Of a stretch of 64,000 nt of DNA, positions 20,166-30,962 are shown in pieces. The position numbers and the translations under genes were made by a program. Source of the stretch: an uncultured Phycisphaerales bacterium (GTDB lineage: Bacteria; Planctomycetota; Phycisphaerae; Tepidisphaerales; Tepidisphaeraceae); NCBI GenBank assembly GCA_963844715.1, contig CAWJPJ010000006.1, positions 1,056,001 through 1,120,000 on the forward strand, given 5' to 3'. The notes under the pieces were generated by a model. It was given only the letters and a program-made list of their open reading frames with translations, ran no database searches and was not told the DNA's origin. Each line of letters starts with the position of its first letter. Within the stretch, counting starts at the first letter, position 1.

Positions 20166-21730
20166 ATGCCGTCTCTCTTGCAATTAGTTGAGCGTGTGAA
20201 CAAGTCGCTGCCAGTGGAACCGGTCCGGCTTGAGATTTACGAAAAGTCGGACAACGCCGCGGAGGCGTTTCTTTCCAATCGCGCTTCGGCGACGTTGAAG
20301 CTCCGGCAAGCGCAGGGATACCTCAGAAAGTGCCTCGAAGCCATCGACTTTGCCGACAGCAAAGTCCTGCTGGACTACCTTTCCGTCTGCGGACTTCTGG
20401 ACGAAAGCACCCCTCAGGTTGAGCCGGCCGCGCGATTCGGCGCGGCGAGAATCGCGCGAAAGGATTATTCTCTTGGGATCGAAGCGATCCAAAGCGCCGC
20501 GGCGCGGGATTTGGCGGAGGGGGGGAAATTCCTGGCTGGCCTGGAGAATTGTCTGTGGGTGGCGTCGCAATATCAGTACGTCGCGGAAGAGATGGGATGG
20601 AGCACGCCGGAGGGGCATGACTGGGAAAACGGGGTGATTCGGCTGGGATTCGTGGTTTCGAAGATCGACGACCGGGATTCGGCGTCGCAGATGCTGGTGG
20701 CGCTGGCGGAAAATCTTCATCCCGCCGCGCTGCGAGTTTTACGTTTACAGCACCGAGGCGGCACGTCCGCCATGCCGACGAGCGGTTTGCGCAGCCGTCT
20801 TATGTGGAGTCGAGCCAGAGCCGGGGGAGCAAAACGATCGAGCAACTGGAGAGGGCGGGGGCAGGCGTATGGCTGGCGCCGGCGGACTGCGACGCCCTGG
20901 CTGACGCCGGGGCGCTGGCGGAAAAAATGATCTTCGACCGCATTGACGCCGTCATTTATGACACGACGCAGGCGGACGCCGCCGCCGCGCTCACGGCTTG
21001 CTGGCCCGTTGCCCGGGCCAAGATCAACTTATGCAGAACCACTCCGCTTTATGCCGGGGATATCTCGACAATCCTTTATTCCGACGCCAGTCGTCACGCG
21101 GCGTCCAAGAACTTCTGGAACGAGCGGAACGTACAGAGCCGGTATCTGTTCGAAGGCGCTGCGACGCCGCGTTCAGCGCAAAGCCGCCCCGACTGGGGAA
21201 TTCCTGCCGGCGCCGCCGTGCTGGCGGCTGCGGGAAATTTTCTGGATGAGGAATTCGTTGAGGTCGTCATCGAAACGCTTACGTCACATCGGCAGGCCAT
21301 TTTCCTTGTCATCGGGGCCGGGGACTTTTCGCGGCAAAAGCAAAGATTTGAGCGAGCGGGAGTGAGCGGGCGGGTCGGATACACCGCGGACTTTGACGTG
21401 CTGAGCATCTGCGACGTTTATCTGGCGAGCGACCAGGAGGCCAGGTCGGATGGAATTCTGGCGGCGATGGCGCTGGCGAAGCCCGTGCTCATCGGGCGGC
21501 CCGGGGAGGTTTATGCGCGGCGACTGGCAAAACTGATCCGCAATCCCCAGCAGCGGCGGACGCTGGGGCAGACGATGCAGCAGGAATTCCAGAAGAACTA
21601 TTCCGCACGTCACATGGCGCAGCAGATCGAGCAATTGTGCGAAGCTCTGCTGCATAAACCCCAGGCAAGCGCTCCGCCAAGGCAGCGTAGGCGGGGTCTG
21701 GCGAAAGCCGCACGGTTCAAAGTACCATAA
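20166..21730 (+). CDS. Divergent GT-B fold glycosyltransferase-like protein (frameshift near 20740-20800)
   Basis: RLGFVVS, DRIDAVI, FLVIGAG, CDVYLAS, AMALAKPV, RRTLGQ motifs typical of GT-B C-terminal lobes. Confidence 0.6.
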
Positions 21731-21737
21731 TCGCACA

Positions 21738-23231
21738 ATGGACAACCGCCTGATCCAGATCGTGCAGTCGTTGCCGCCCAGTCCGGTGCTGCTTCTGGGC
21801 GACATGATGCTGGATAAATATCTCTACGGGAACGCCGAGCGGGTTTCGCCCAAAGCGCCGGTGCTGGTGCTTCATTATCAGTCCGAGGAATTGCGGCTCG
21901 GGGGCGCGGCGAACGTGGCGTCGATGCTGGCGGCGCTGAATGCGCGGGTGAAGGCGATCGGAGCCATAGGCAATGACGCGGCGGCGCAGGACGTGCGCCG
22001 TCTGATGAAACAAGCCGGCATTGAGCCGGATTATCTGGTCGCGTGCGACGACCGCCCGACCACGTGCAAGCTTCGGCTCGTTGGGGCTGCGCAGCATCGG
22101 CACGCGCAGCAGCTCATGCGGCTGGATTATGAAAATCCGCGGGCGGTTCCGGATTCGATTGTGAATCAGCTCGTTGCTCACGCCCAGGCCGCGCTCGAGG
22201 GATGCGCGGCGGTTTGCATCGAAGATTATAACAAGGGGGCCGTTTGCGAGCCGGTCTGCAAGCAAATCATCGCGGCGGCGCGGAAACGGGATATCCCGGT
22301 GCTGGTCGATCCGGCTTCGGCGGGAGATTACTCAAAGTACCGCGGCGCGACGGCGGTAAAGCTGAATCGCTCGGAGGCCGGAAGAGCAACGGGAATTAAT
22401 CTGGACGGACCGGATCAATATCGGGCGGCGGCGGAAAAGTTGCTCTCGATGCTCGATCTGGAGGCGGCGGTCGTCACGCTGGATCGCAACGGCGCTTACC
22501 TGGCGACGCGGGATGGGGAGCGGCGATGGTTGAAGCATGCCAGGCCGCGTCAGGTTTTCGATGCCACGGGCGCGGGGGACATGGTGCTGGCAATGCTGGC
22601 CGCGGCTCGGGCGGCGGGGGCGAGTTGGGTCGAAGCCGTTGCGCTGGGAAACGTGGCGGCGGGCCTGGAGGTGGAGCGATTTGGGACCGTCCCCATCCGG
22701 CCGGAAGAAATCGTCCAGGAACTGCGGGCCGAGGCGCACGAAAGATTAACCAAGGATCGCACTTGCGATCAGCTCATCGGGGAATTGGCGAGGCATCGCT
22801 CCAGCGGAAAGCGCATCGTCTTCACCAACGGATGCTTCGATCTGATCCACCTTGGCCACGTCAAATATTTTCAATTCGTGCGCAAGCAGGGAGATCTGTT
22901 GGTTGTGGGGGTCAATACCGACGCGAGCGTGCGGCGGTTAAAGGGGGACAAGCGGCCGATCATTTCCGAGACGGATCGACTGGGCGTGCTGGAGGAATTG
23001 GAGAGCATCGATTACCTGGTTCGATTCGACGAGGACACGCCGTTGGAGTTAATTCAGCGGATTCGCCCCGATGTGCTGGTAAAAGGCGCGGATTACGGGA
23101 AAGAGGAGGTCGTGGGATGGGATTTTGTGGAGTCGTACGGGGGCTGCGTGGCGTTGGCGCCGCTGGTGGATGGGAAAAGCACGTCCGCGCTCATCCAGCG
23201 CATACTCGATACGCATAGCCGCGGGGCTTAA
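21738..23231 (+). CDS. hldE: Bifunctional heptose-7-phosphate kinase / heptose-1-phosphate adenylyltransferase
   Basis: GDMMLDKY, GGAANVA, DYNKG, DATGAGD; C-terminal TNGCFDLIHLGH, VKGADY. Confidence 0.95.
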   Translation: MDNRLIQIVQSLPPSPVLLLGDMMLDKYLYGNAERVSPKAPVLVLHYQSEELRLGGAANVASMLAALNARVKAIGAIGNDAAAQDVRRLMKQAGIEPDYLVACDDRPTTCKLRLVGAAQHRHAQQLMRLDYENPRAVPDSIVNQLVAHAQAALEGCAAVCIEDYNKGAVCEPVCKQIIAAARKRDIPVLVDPASAGDYSKYRGATAVKLNRSEAGRATGINLDGPDQYRAAAEKLLSMLDLEAAVVTLDRNGAYLATRDGERRWLKHARPRQVFDATGAGDMVLAMLAAARAAGASWVEAVALGNVAAGLEVERFGTVPIRPEEIVQELRAEAHERLTKDRTCDQLIGELARHRSSGKRIVFTNGCFDLIHLGHVKYFQFVRKQGDLLVVGVNTDASVRRLKGDKRPIISETDRLGVLEELESIDYLVRFDEDTPLELIQRIRPDVLVKGADYGKEEVVGWDFVESYGGCVALAPLVDGKSTSALIQRILDTHSRGA

Positions 23232-23254
23232 AAGTCACGGGAGAAGGCCAATCC

Positions 23255-23749
23255 CTACTGCCCCGGCGTCGGTACGCCTGGAATAATTTGCAATGCTGGA
23301 CCGGTCTCGCCAGATGGGATCTGAATATTTTTTATGATTTGCGAGCCTGCGTGTGAGCCCATCATCACCCAATCGGTGTCGCCGGGACGCTTGACCTGAG
23401 TGCCGGTATTCGGATCAACATCATCTCCAGCAATAGGATGCGCTAACCGCTCACGCATATCGTCGGTGTACTTTTGAAGGAACCCGACAAACGGCGGATT
23501 TGACCCGCAATGGTAAACATGCGCGAGCACAGCTTGCTTACCATCATGGTCATATGGCGGAAGATTCGACATTGAGTCAATATAAAACGTTTTGCCGTCG
23601 TCATCACTGTAATAAACGCCGGTCCTTAACGGAGCCGCCCCCTTCGGGCTCAGTTCGTAGACGACCAAAGCCAAGGCCAACACGATGATAGCGATGACAA
23701 TCCCGCTAGTCAGACCCGGCTTCTTGTTCATTGTTTCGCGGATTCCCAC
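23255..23749 (-). CDS. Hypothetical protein with N-terminal membrane anchor
   Basis: SD GGAGG plus GTG start; TM IVIAIIVLALALVV. Confidence 0.7.
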   Translation of the reverse strand: MGIRETMNKKPGLTSGIVIAIIVLALALVVYELSPKGAAPLRTGVYYSDDDGKTFYIDSMSNLPPYDHDGKQAVLAHVYHCGSNPPFVGFLQKYTDDMRERLAHPIAGDDVDPNTGTQVKRPGDTDWVMMGSHAGSQIIKNIQIPSGETGPALQIIPGVPTPGQ

Positions 23750-24169
23750 GGGTTGAACCTCCGTTAAATATCCTCGTTTCCAAGCGGACCGCGGGGGGAA
23801 GAGTCGCGGTTACGCCGCCCGGAGTTCATTTTAGGTAATGAATGCTAAATGATCCACGCATTCCTCGCAAGAATGGATGCCCCAACCCCACATTGGGACC
23901 CGGTCGCCAATCCTCGGCAGATTCACGAATTGCAGGCGAGCCCGCCCCGGCTCCGACGTGGCGGACTCCCGGGTTTTGCGAAAGTTGAGCGGGGCGGGCG
24001 GAGTTACCCTCAAGCCCTATAAAGGTTGCCCGAATTGCCATGATCCAGCCGCCTCAGCCTGCGCAAGCCCATTTTTTAGTTGGAGGAAGCGGGAATTAGG
24101 GATACCTTGAGGCTCAGTTGGAACACCCGCCGTGTCGGGGGGTTTGCCGTGTTTTCTTCCTGTGCCAAT

Positions 24170-24352
24170 ATGATCCGCCGCGTTTTTACGTGGGTTCTCT
24201 GTTTCGGTCTGCTCGTGGCGGGCTCGGGTGTCTCGAGCGCGGCTGCCGCGCCGACAAAGGTTGCCGACCTATCAGACGTGCATCTCCGCCGGATACACCT
24301 GGTTCGCCCGGATTTGATCCCTTACCCGATCGCCTATTCGGCCCTCTGCTGA
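24170..24352 (+). CDS. Small secreted hypothetical peptide (60 aa)
   Basis: Classic signal peptide MIRRVFTWVLCFGLLVAGSGVSSAAAA followed by a ~33-aa mature part. Confidence 0.5.
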   Translation: MIRRVFTWVLCFGLLVAGSGVSSAAAAPTKVADLSDVHLRRIHLVRPDLIPYPIAYSALC

Positions 24353-25582
24353 GCCGAACCCGCCGCGATCGCGGGCTTTCCACCATCCATCGATCCCGCT
24401 ATGTCCGCCAGGGCATCGGCTGCGTATTGCACGTCCTGCACGCTCAGGAATGGGCCAAAGCTGAAGCGCGTTGTGCCGCCGGCGGCGAGAGTGCCGATCG
24501 CCTCATGCGCGAGGGGTGCGCAATGAATTCCCGAGCGGGTGAGAATGCCGTAATGCGTTTCGAGAACGGCGGACAATTCATGCGGCGAGAGCCCCTCGAC
24601 GGCGACGGAAAACACGCCGACCCGATGCGCCACGCCTGCGCGGACCGAAATATCGCAGGCCCGGGACATCGGAAATTCCGTCCAAAAACGTCCCGACCAA
24701 CTCGCTTTCGTGGCGCGCGATCTCTTCAATTCCTTTAGTGAGAACCCATTGCACGCCTTGCGATAGGCCGATGATGCCAATGGCGTTGTGGCTCCCGGCT
24801 TCGTACTTATCAGGCAGAAAATCCGGCTGGCGATCCTGCTCGCTAACCGAGCCGGTGCCCCCCTCGCGAATGGGGCGAAGAGCCTTTTCCAGCCCGGGGC
24901 GAATGTACAGGAATCCGGTCCCCAGGGGACCGAGCAAACCCTTATGTCCCGGAGCGGCCAGCAGATCGATGCCATCAGCCTGGAGGTCGATCGGCAGATG
25001 GCCGGCCGACTGCGCGGCGTCGACGATGAGCGGAATATTTCGCTCTCGCGCGATCGCACCGATTTCCCGGATGGGCTGCACCGTGCCCGTCACATTGCTT
25101 GCGTGCGTGACGGCGATTAAGCGCGTGTCGCTCCGAATCGCCTTGGCAATATCGCGCGGATCGACCAGGCCGGTTTGCCCATCCACCGCGATGCGCGTTT
25201 GCTCGATCAACCCGGCATCAGCCAGTGCGTTCAGCGGCCGCAAGATTGAATTGTGATCGATGTGCGTGCAGATCGCGTGCCCTTTTTTGGACGGATCGAT
25301 GAGTCCCTTGATCGCAAGGTTCAGCGCATCAGTGCAATTGAGGGTGAAGATGAAATTTTCGGGCGCTTCCCCATGGAAGAGGCGCTGGAGACGGCGGCGG
25401 CATTCGGTCATCAGGCGGCCGGTTTCCATCGCCTCGCGATAAGCGCCGCGGCCGGCGCTGGCGCCCAGGTCGGTCGCGTAGCGGACCATCGCCTCGATGA
25501 CGGCCGGAGGCTTGGGGAAACTCGTCGCCGCATTATCCAGATAAAGCCGGCGAGGTTCGGGTTGATTGGGTGAACGATGCAT
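24334..25582 (-). CDS. Cysteine desulfurase-like aminotransferase class V (frameshift near 24640)
   Basis: YLDNAATSFPKP, HASNVTG, DAAQSAG, PGHKGLLGP, GIHCAPLAH, RFSFG. Confidence 0.92.
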
Positions 25583-25604
25583 TCGACACTGCTGAAGATT
25601 TTTT

Positions 25605-25744
25605 TCCCTCTCCCTGGTACTCCGGGGAGAGCACTCCCTGTCCTCTTCTGCTAGTTTCGGCACGATGGGTGAGGGGCAGTCTTTCGACGTTCGAAAAACG
25701 CCCCTCGCCCTGGCCCTCTCCCCATGATTACATGGGGAGAGGGA
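25605..25744. repeat. REP-like palindromic doublet (CCCTCTCCC...GGGAGAGGG family) with a ~35-bp internal cassette
   Basis: ccctctccctggtactccggggagag[cactccctgtcctcttctgctagtttcggcacgat]gggtgagggg ... cccctcgccctggccctctcccc...ggggagaggg. Confidence 0.8.
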
Positions 25745-25777
25745 AAATTATGATAGGAAACGCCCGCCCCCCTGTCA

Positions 25778-26476
25778 TCACCAGAACCACCAATCATGCG
25801 TGTGGAGGACGTAAATGCCCAGTAGGAGATTGGTAACCCCATGCGCCACAATGCACGCCCCTAGGCTGCGGGTTCGCACCAGCAAGTATCCGATCATGAT
25901 GGCCCAGACGATCGCGGTGATCCATTGGACGTGCTCGGAGGCGAACAAAATGACGATGGTCCAGAAGACCTTGGTATCCCACTCCCCCACCGCCGCGAGT
26001 TTGAAGTCGATCGGAGCGATCAGGGTCCGCCAGAGAAAATCGCGCCAGAAATATTCTTCCATGAACGGGACGACCAGCGCCGGTCCGAGCAATCGGAAAA
26101 CCAGGAAGACCATCAGCCAGGGTCGCGGCGAAACTTCTTTGAAAGGATCGAAAACCTCGCGGCTGAGAGTCGGATAGTTGGGCCAAAAATGCAGGAGCGC
26201 CTTTTCCATCCCGACCCATTGAATCGCGCCGAGGATGCCGACGGCGATGCCAAGCTGCCAATAACGCCAGGAAATTTTGGTGAAGTGCCGCCGCAGGAGG
26301 ATGAGCAGAACGCCGGCGACGATGGTTTTGGCCACATATCCGGCTGGTAGGAGGGAGGGCCAGGTGCTACCAATCAGGGTGATGCCGAGAAACGCCGCCA
26401 TGGGGAGGACGTACGCGACGTCATCGCGGACCCAGCGATCGAGGGAAAGGAGCCCGACGGGCGGGGAATCAGCCAT
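25778..26476 (-). CDS. CAAX prenyl protease-related protein of the type associated with PEP-CTERM systems
   Basis: VVPFMEEYFWRDFLWR, LFASEH, CIVAHGVTNLLLG, terminal WWFW. Confidence 0.85.
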   Translation of the reverse strand: MADSPPVGLLSLDRWVRDDVAYVLPMAAFLGITLIGSTWPSLLPAGYVAKTIVAGVLLILLRRHFTKISWRYWQLGIAVGILGAIQWVGMEKALLHFWPNYPTLSREVFDPFKEVSPRPWLMVFLVFRLLGPALVVPFMEEYFWRDFLWRTLIAPIDFKLAAVGEWDTKVFWTIVILFASEHVQWITAIVWAIMIGYLLVRTRSLGACIVAHGVTNLLLGIYVLHTHDWWFW

Positions 26477-26500
26477 GCGAATCTGATTGTGTCCGGCGAT

Positions 26501-27145
26501 TCATGTCGACGCAAATGCGGATGTGAGTTGATCGACCAGAATGCGCTGCATGGCTTCGATCGAGGGGGCCGAATCACCGAGGATTTTTTGAACGGTGGTC
26601 ACGGGGCGGCCGGCCAAGCCGCATGGATTGATCAGCGCAAAGCCGGACAGATCCGCCACCACGTTCAAAGCCAAACCGTGCAAGGTCGCCCCGCGGCGGA
26701 TGCGGACGCCGATGGCGCAAATCTTGGCCAACTGCCCGCGATCGTCCGTCCAGACACCGATGGCGGCAGGGTCGGTCTTGCCTTCGATCCCGACTTTCGC
26801 GAGGGCGGAAATGACGATTGATTCGAGTCGATGGACATACCCGCCGACGCTTAGCTTGTGATCAATGAGACGAATGATTGGATAAGCGACGATCTGGCCG
26901 GGGCCGTGAAAGGTGATGTCACCGCCGCGATCGCTGTGGACGAGTTCGACGCCGAGTTGGTTTAGTTCGTCGCGGGATCGGAGCAGGTTCCCGGCGTCGT
27001 CGCCGCGGCGGCCGAAGGTGATGACCGGTGGATGCTGAACGATGAAGATTTGCTCTTCGCCGCCATCGGCAACAGTCTCCAGGGCGCGCTCTTGAATCTG
27101 CCACGCCTGGCGATAGGGCATCAAACCGAGATCGGTGACTTTCAT
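26501..27145 (-). CDS. lipB: Lipoyl(octanoyl) transferase
   Basis: HPPVITFGR, DRGGDITFHGPGQ, KICAIG, HGLALNV, INPCG. Confidence 0.95.
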   Translation of the reverse strand: MKVTDLGLMPYRQAWQIQERALETVADGGEEQIFIVQHPPVITFGRRGDDAGNLLRSRDELNQLGVELVHSDRGGDITFHGPGQIVAYPIIRLIDHKLSVGGYVHRLESIVISALAKVGIEGKTDPAAIGVWTDDRGQLAKICAIGVRIRRGATLHGLALNVVADLSGFALINPCGLAGRPVTTVQKILGDSAPSIEAMQRILVDQLTSAFAST

Positions 27146-27188
27146 CTGGGGGAAGATTATACGGGTGGCAGGTGAATCGCGCGTTCAA

Positions 27189-27228
27189 CCCCCTCCGCAG
27201 CCCTCCCCCTGAGTACAGGGAGAGGGGG
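27189..27228. repeat. REP-like half element
   Basis: ccccctccgcagccctccccctgagtacagggagaggggg. Confidence 0.65.
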
Positions 27229-27261
27229 AAAAAGTGCGCGGATCGCAAAGCTACAAATAGA

Positions 27262-28673
27262 TTAGGCGGCAACCAGATAGGTTGCCACCGGGGTGCGATA
27301 GGCTTTGATGGCGGGGACCAGGCCGGCGACGACTGCCAGAATGACGACGCCGAAGACGTAGAGAATCTCCAGCGGCGATACGCCCATCCAATTGAGCGAT
27401 TCGCCAAATGTGCTTTGCATGTACGCGGAGCCGATGCCGCTTACGGCGTGGCCGGCAACGAGACCTAGCAGGGAGCCGATCAGGGCTATCGTTCCGGCTT
27501 CGAGACAGATCAATGTCAGGACGGTTTGGCGGGTGCGCCGAGGCGGCGCAGGATCGCGATTTCGCGCAGTCTCGCCGAGACGGAGTTGTAGATGCTGACG
27601 AGAATTCCCACGGCGGCGACGATAGTTACCAGGGAGCAGATGAGGAGGAGCATTTGGCGCGTGGGTTTGAGAAAGACGTCGAAAAATCCTCGCATGACGT
27701 CCGCGGGGTTGCAGGCCATCACGTCGGTGCCGTTGTTGAGGTCGTAAGCCAGGCTCTGTTCGGTGACGCCGCCGCGGGACTGAACGAGAATCGCCGAGAC
27801 CGCCCAGGCCTCGGGCGGGATGGTGATTTTCAGGGTTTGGTCGTGGGTGTTGAAATCGTAATTACGCCAGTGTTCGATGCCGTTGGCGTCGGGTGGAGGT
27901 TCGATCGTCTCCGGCCCCTGGGGCACCTGGAACATGGTCAGTCCCTCGCGGAGTTTTTCCTGCACGATCAAACCCGCGCCGTGCTCGGCGATGGTATAAA
28001 AGCTGAGGAGCGGGATGTAGAGCACGCGGTCGTTGGCCGTGTGGGTCGGGGCGAGAATTCCGACGACGGTCCATTTTTGCAGGTGGAGATTTGGCGCCTG
28101 GCCGGGCGTGGGAGTGCCGTGCGTGGCCTGGAATTGATCGCCGATTTTCAATCCCGTCAGGCGCGCTATATCACTCCCTATGACGGCCTCGAATTTGTTG
28201 GCGGCGAAAACCCTGCCCTCGGCAATGCGCATGTGCCGGCCGGGGCGATAGTCCATGATTTCATCTTCCGGCAACGGATTTTCCAGATCGTCGTACCCAA
28301 ACAGCTTCGCAAGCGTTCCCACGATCCGATATTTCCCCTGATAGGTGTCGCCTACCACGGTCGGCACGGCCAATCTCACGAACGGATACAAATCTCCGCC
28401 TTTGAGCAGCCGTCCATAGACGGTGAACGGAATATTTCCGGGGCTAACGTCCATGTGATAGATGGTATTCAGCACCAACTGCAATTGCGATCCCTTTTTC
28501 CCGATAATCGCGTCGTAGCCGTAATCGTTTTGACCGAAGAGATTTTCCGTCTCGCGCCCCATAACGAGGATGGCGATCGCCAAGCCTACGCCGAGCATGA
28601 CGGAGAGCGTGGTCAGCCAGGTGGAAAGGGCCCGCTGGCGCATCTGCTTGAGGACGAGCTGGAAGTAATTCAC
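27262..28673 (-). CDS. ABC transporter permease, FtsX/MacB family (frameshift near 27530)
   Basis: N-terminal TM, large periplasmic loop, RLREIAILR.LGA, C-terminal TMs ending PAIKAYRTPVA. Confidence 0.9.
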
Positions 28674-29398
28674 GGTTGGGCCGCCCCTACCGCGGTCATC
28701 GCGCGGTTGACTTCGGTGAGCTTCAGGACCCTGGAAAATTCTCCGGCGATATCCAGATCGTGAGTCACCAGGAGCAGCGAGGCGCTGACCTCGCCGCAGA
28801 GTTTTCGGATCAGATCGAGAACCTGACGGGCATTCCCGGCGTCGAGGGCGCCGGTGGGCTCGTCGGCCAGAACCAGACGCGGGCGATTCGCCAGCGCCCG
28901 CGCGACGGCAACACGCTGCTGTTGCCCGACGGACAATTTCTGCGGGCGGTAATTCAGGCGATCCGCCAACCCCACTTCCTTCAGCAAATGCTCCGTCCAG
29001 GCCTTGTCGCGCGACCGCCCGGTAAAGCTCATCCCGAGGAGGACGTTTTCCAGGGCGGTGAATCCGTTCAGAAGATGGTGGGTTTGAAAAATGTAACCGA
29101 CGTATCGCCCGCGAAATTCATCGCGTTGCGCTTCGGTAAGGAGAGTGAGATCGACGACGCCTTCGGCGGTGCCGGCCATGGGGCGGGCCGGATCGTAACC
29201 GAACAGAACCCCGCCGGAATCGGGCCCGAGAATACCGGCGATAAGATGGAGAAGCGTGGTCTTGCCCGAACCGCTGGCGCCGATGAGGGCGGCTTGCTCG
29301 CCGTCGGGGATGAACAGCTCGGCGACATCGATGACCCGCACGACGCTTCCGTCGGGGCCGGTGTAATTCTTTTTCAGATTCCTGAGCAGCAGACCCAT
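28670..29398 (-). CDS. ABC transporter ATP-binding protein (LolD/MacB-like)
   Basis: GASGSGKTT, LSVGQQQRVAVARAL, ADEPTGALD, VTHD. Confidence 0.93.
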   Translation of the reverse strand: MGLLLRNLKKNYTGPDGSVVRVIDVAELFIPDGEQAALIGASGSGKTTLLHLIAGILGPDSGGVLFGYDPARPMAGTAEGVVDLTLLTEAQRDEFRGRYVGYIFQTHHLLNGFTALENVLLGMSFTGRSRDKAWTEHLLKEVGLADRLNYRPQKLSVGQQQRVAVARALANRPRLVLADEPTGALDAGNARQVLDLIRKLCGEVSASLLLVTHDLDIAGEFSRVLKLTEVNRAMTAVGAAQP

Positions 29399-29496
29399 GG
29401 GGTTGTTTAACTTGTAGAAGCGGAACCGCGCTGCGTCAACTTTCTAAATCCGCCGTTAACGGGGTATATTACCCGCATCGGAAAGGAAGAGCCGCC

Positions 29497-29694
29497 ATGA
29501 CCGAATCCCAAATCCAGGCGTCGGTCCTTGATCGCTATGGATTGCGAATTCAAATTCCCATGGCGCGATTCGCCATTGGGCAAATTCAGACGTCGCCGGA
29601 GGTCGCTTTGATCGGCGTGGACGCACGGACCGGGGTGCCCCGGCGGGTAATTGTCGCGCGGGACGCCGTTCTTCAAACGATTCGACATCAATAA
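29497..29694 (+). CDS. Small hypothetical protein
   Basis: Purine-rich SD, 65 aa, ends 5 bp before the GHMP kinase start. Confidence 0.55.
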   Translation: MTESQIQASVLDRYGLRIQIPMARFAIGQIQTSPEVALIGVDARTGVPRRVIVARDAVLQTIRHQ

Positions 29695-29699
29695 ATGCC

Positions 29700-30700
29700 A
29701 TGATTCATACCTCGCACGCCTTCGCTCGCGCCGGACTGGTGGGGAACCCGTCCGATGGGTATTTCGGGAAGACGATCTCGTTTGTCATTCGAAATTTCAA
29801 GACGACTGTCCGCCTCTGGGAAAGCCCGCATCTGGAGATTCTGCCGACGCACGGCGATCTGACCAAATTTGGAACGCTGGATGATTTTTTGCGGGATGTC
29901 CGCCTCAACGGGTATTACGGCGGCATGCGGCTGATCAAGGCGGCCGTCAAGCGATTCAGCGATTACTGCAACCAGATGGGGCGCGAACTTCACCGCCGGA
30001 ACTTCACGATCGACTTTCAAACCAATATTCCGCGGCTGGTGGGGCTGGCGGGGAGCAGCGCCATCGTGACGGCCACAATGCGCGTGCTGATGCAATTTTT
30101 CGAAGTTGATATCCCGATTCATTACCTGCCTACGCTGAGCCTTTCGGTCGAGCGGGACGAATTGGGGCTGAACGCCGGATTGCAGGACCGGGTCATCCAG
30201 ACTTACGAGGGGATGGTTTTTATGGACTTCGACCGCGCGCTGATGGAATGCGCGGGTATGGGAACTACGAGGTGTTGCGGCCCGATCCGATGCCGCCGCT
30301 GTACGTCGCTTATGACCCGGACCGGGCGGAGATCAGCGATGTGCCGCATCGAAATCTCCGCGCGCTGTTCAACGCGGGCGATAAGACGATCGTCGGCGCA
30401 ATGCAGAAATACCGCGAACTGACCGATCGCGGCAAGGCGGCGCTGATGAGCGGCAACTGGGCCGAACTGGACAAGGTGATGAACGAGAATTTCGACTTGC
30501 GGCGCACGATCATGAACATCGCCCCGGAAAATCTTCGCATGGTGGAAGCGGCACGAAGCGTCGGCGCCAGCGCGAAGTTCGCCGGAAGCGGCGGCACGAT
30601 CCTCGGCCTCTATCACAGCGGACGGCAATACCAGGAACTCGTCGATGCGCTGGGAAAAGTGCGCTGCACGGTCCTGCGCCCGCTGATTTTTGAGGCGTGA
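29700..30700 (+). CDS. GHMP kinase, glucuronokinase-like (frameshift near 30250)
   Basis: [49 protein letters not shown]. Confidence 0.85.
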
Positions 30701-30713
30701 TCAACTTAAATGC

Positions 30714-30838
30714 AACCGCGGTCGCTGAGGCGCGGAGACAGACGCGGAGAAGACGCATTCTTTTTTTCAAAACAAGAATTCAGTTCTCCGCGTCCGGAGT
30801 TTGCCCGCCGCGTCGGGCGCCTCCGCGTCTCCGCGGTT
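30714..30838. repeat. Palindromic repeat pair (AACCGCGG...CCGCGGTT type)
   Basis: aaccgcggtcgctgaggcgcggag ... ctccgcgtctccgcggtt. Confidence 0.6.
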
Positions 30839-30859
30839 GCTTTTTTTTCGTAAAAACTA

Positions 30860-30888
30860 TTGACGTGCGCCATGCGGCGCGTTATCTT
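30860..30888 (+). promoter_or_regulatory. Sigma-70 promoter
   Basis: TTGACG-17 bp-TATCTT with an A/T-rich UP-like tract upstream. Confidence 0.65.
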
Positions 30889-30894
30889 CTCTAC

Positions 30895-30959
30895 GTTGTT
30901 CTGGTGAAAATCATTTGACGCGGACCGAAGTTGGTGGCTCCTCTTCGGTCCGCTTTTTT
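30895..30959 (+). ncRNA. Candidate ~65-nt small RNA ending in an intrinsic terminator
   Basis: Directly after the promoter; perfect 11-bp stem gcggaccgaag/cttcggtccgc, loop ttggtggctcct, T6. Confidence 0.55.
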
Positions 30960-30962
30960 ATT

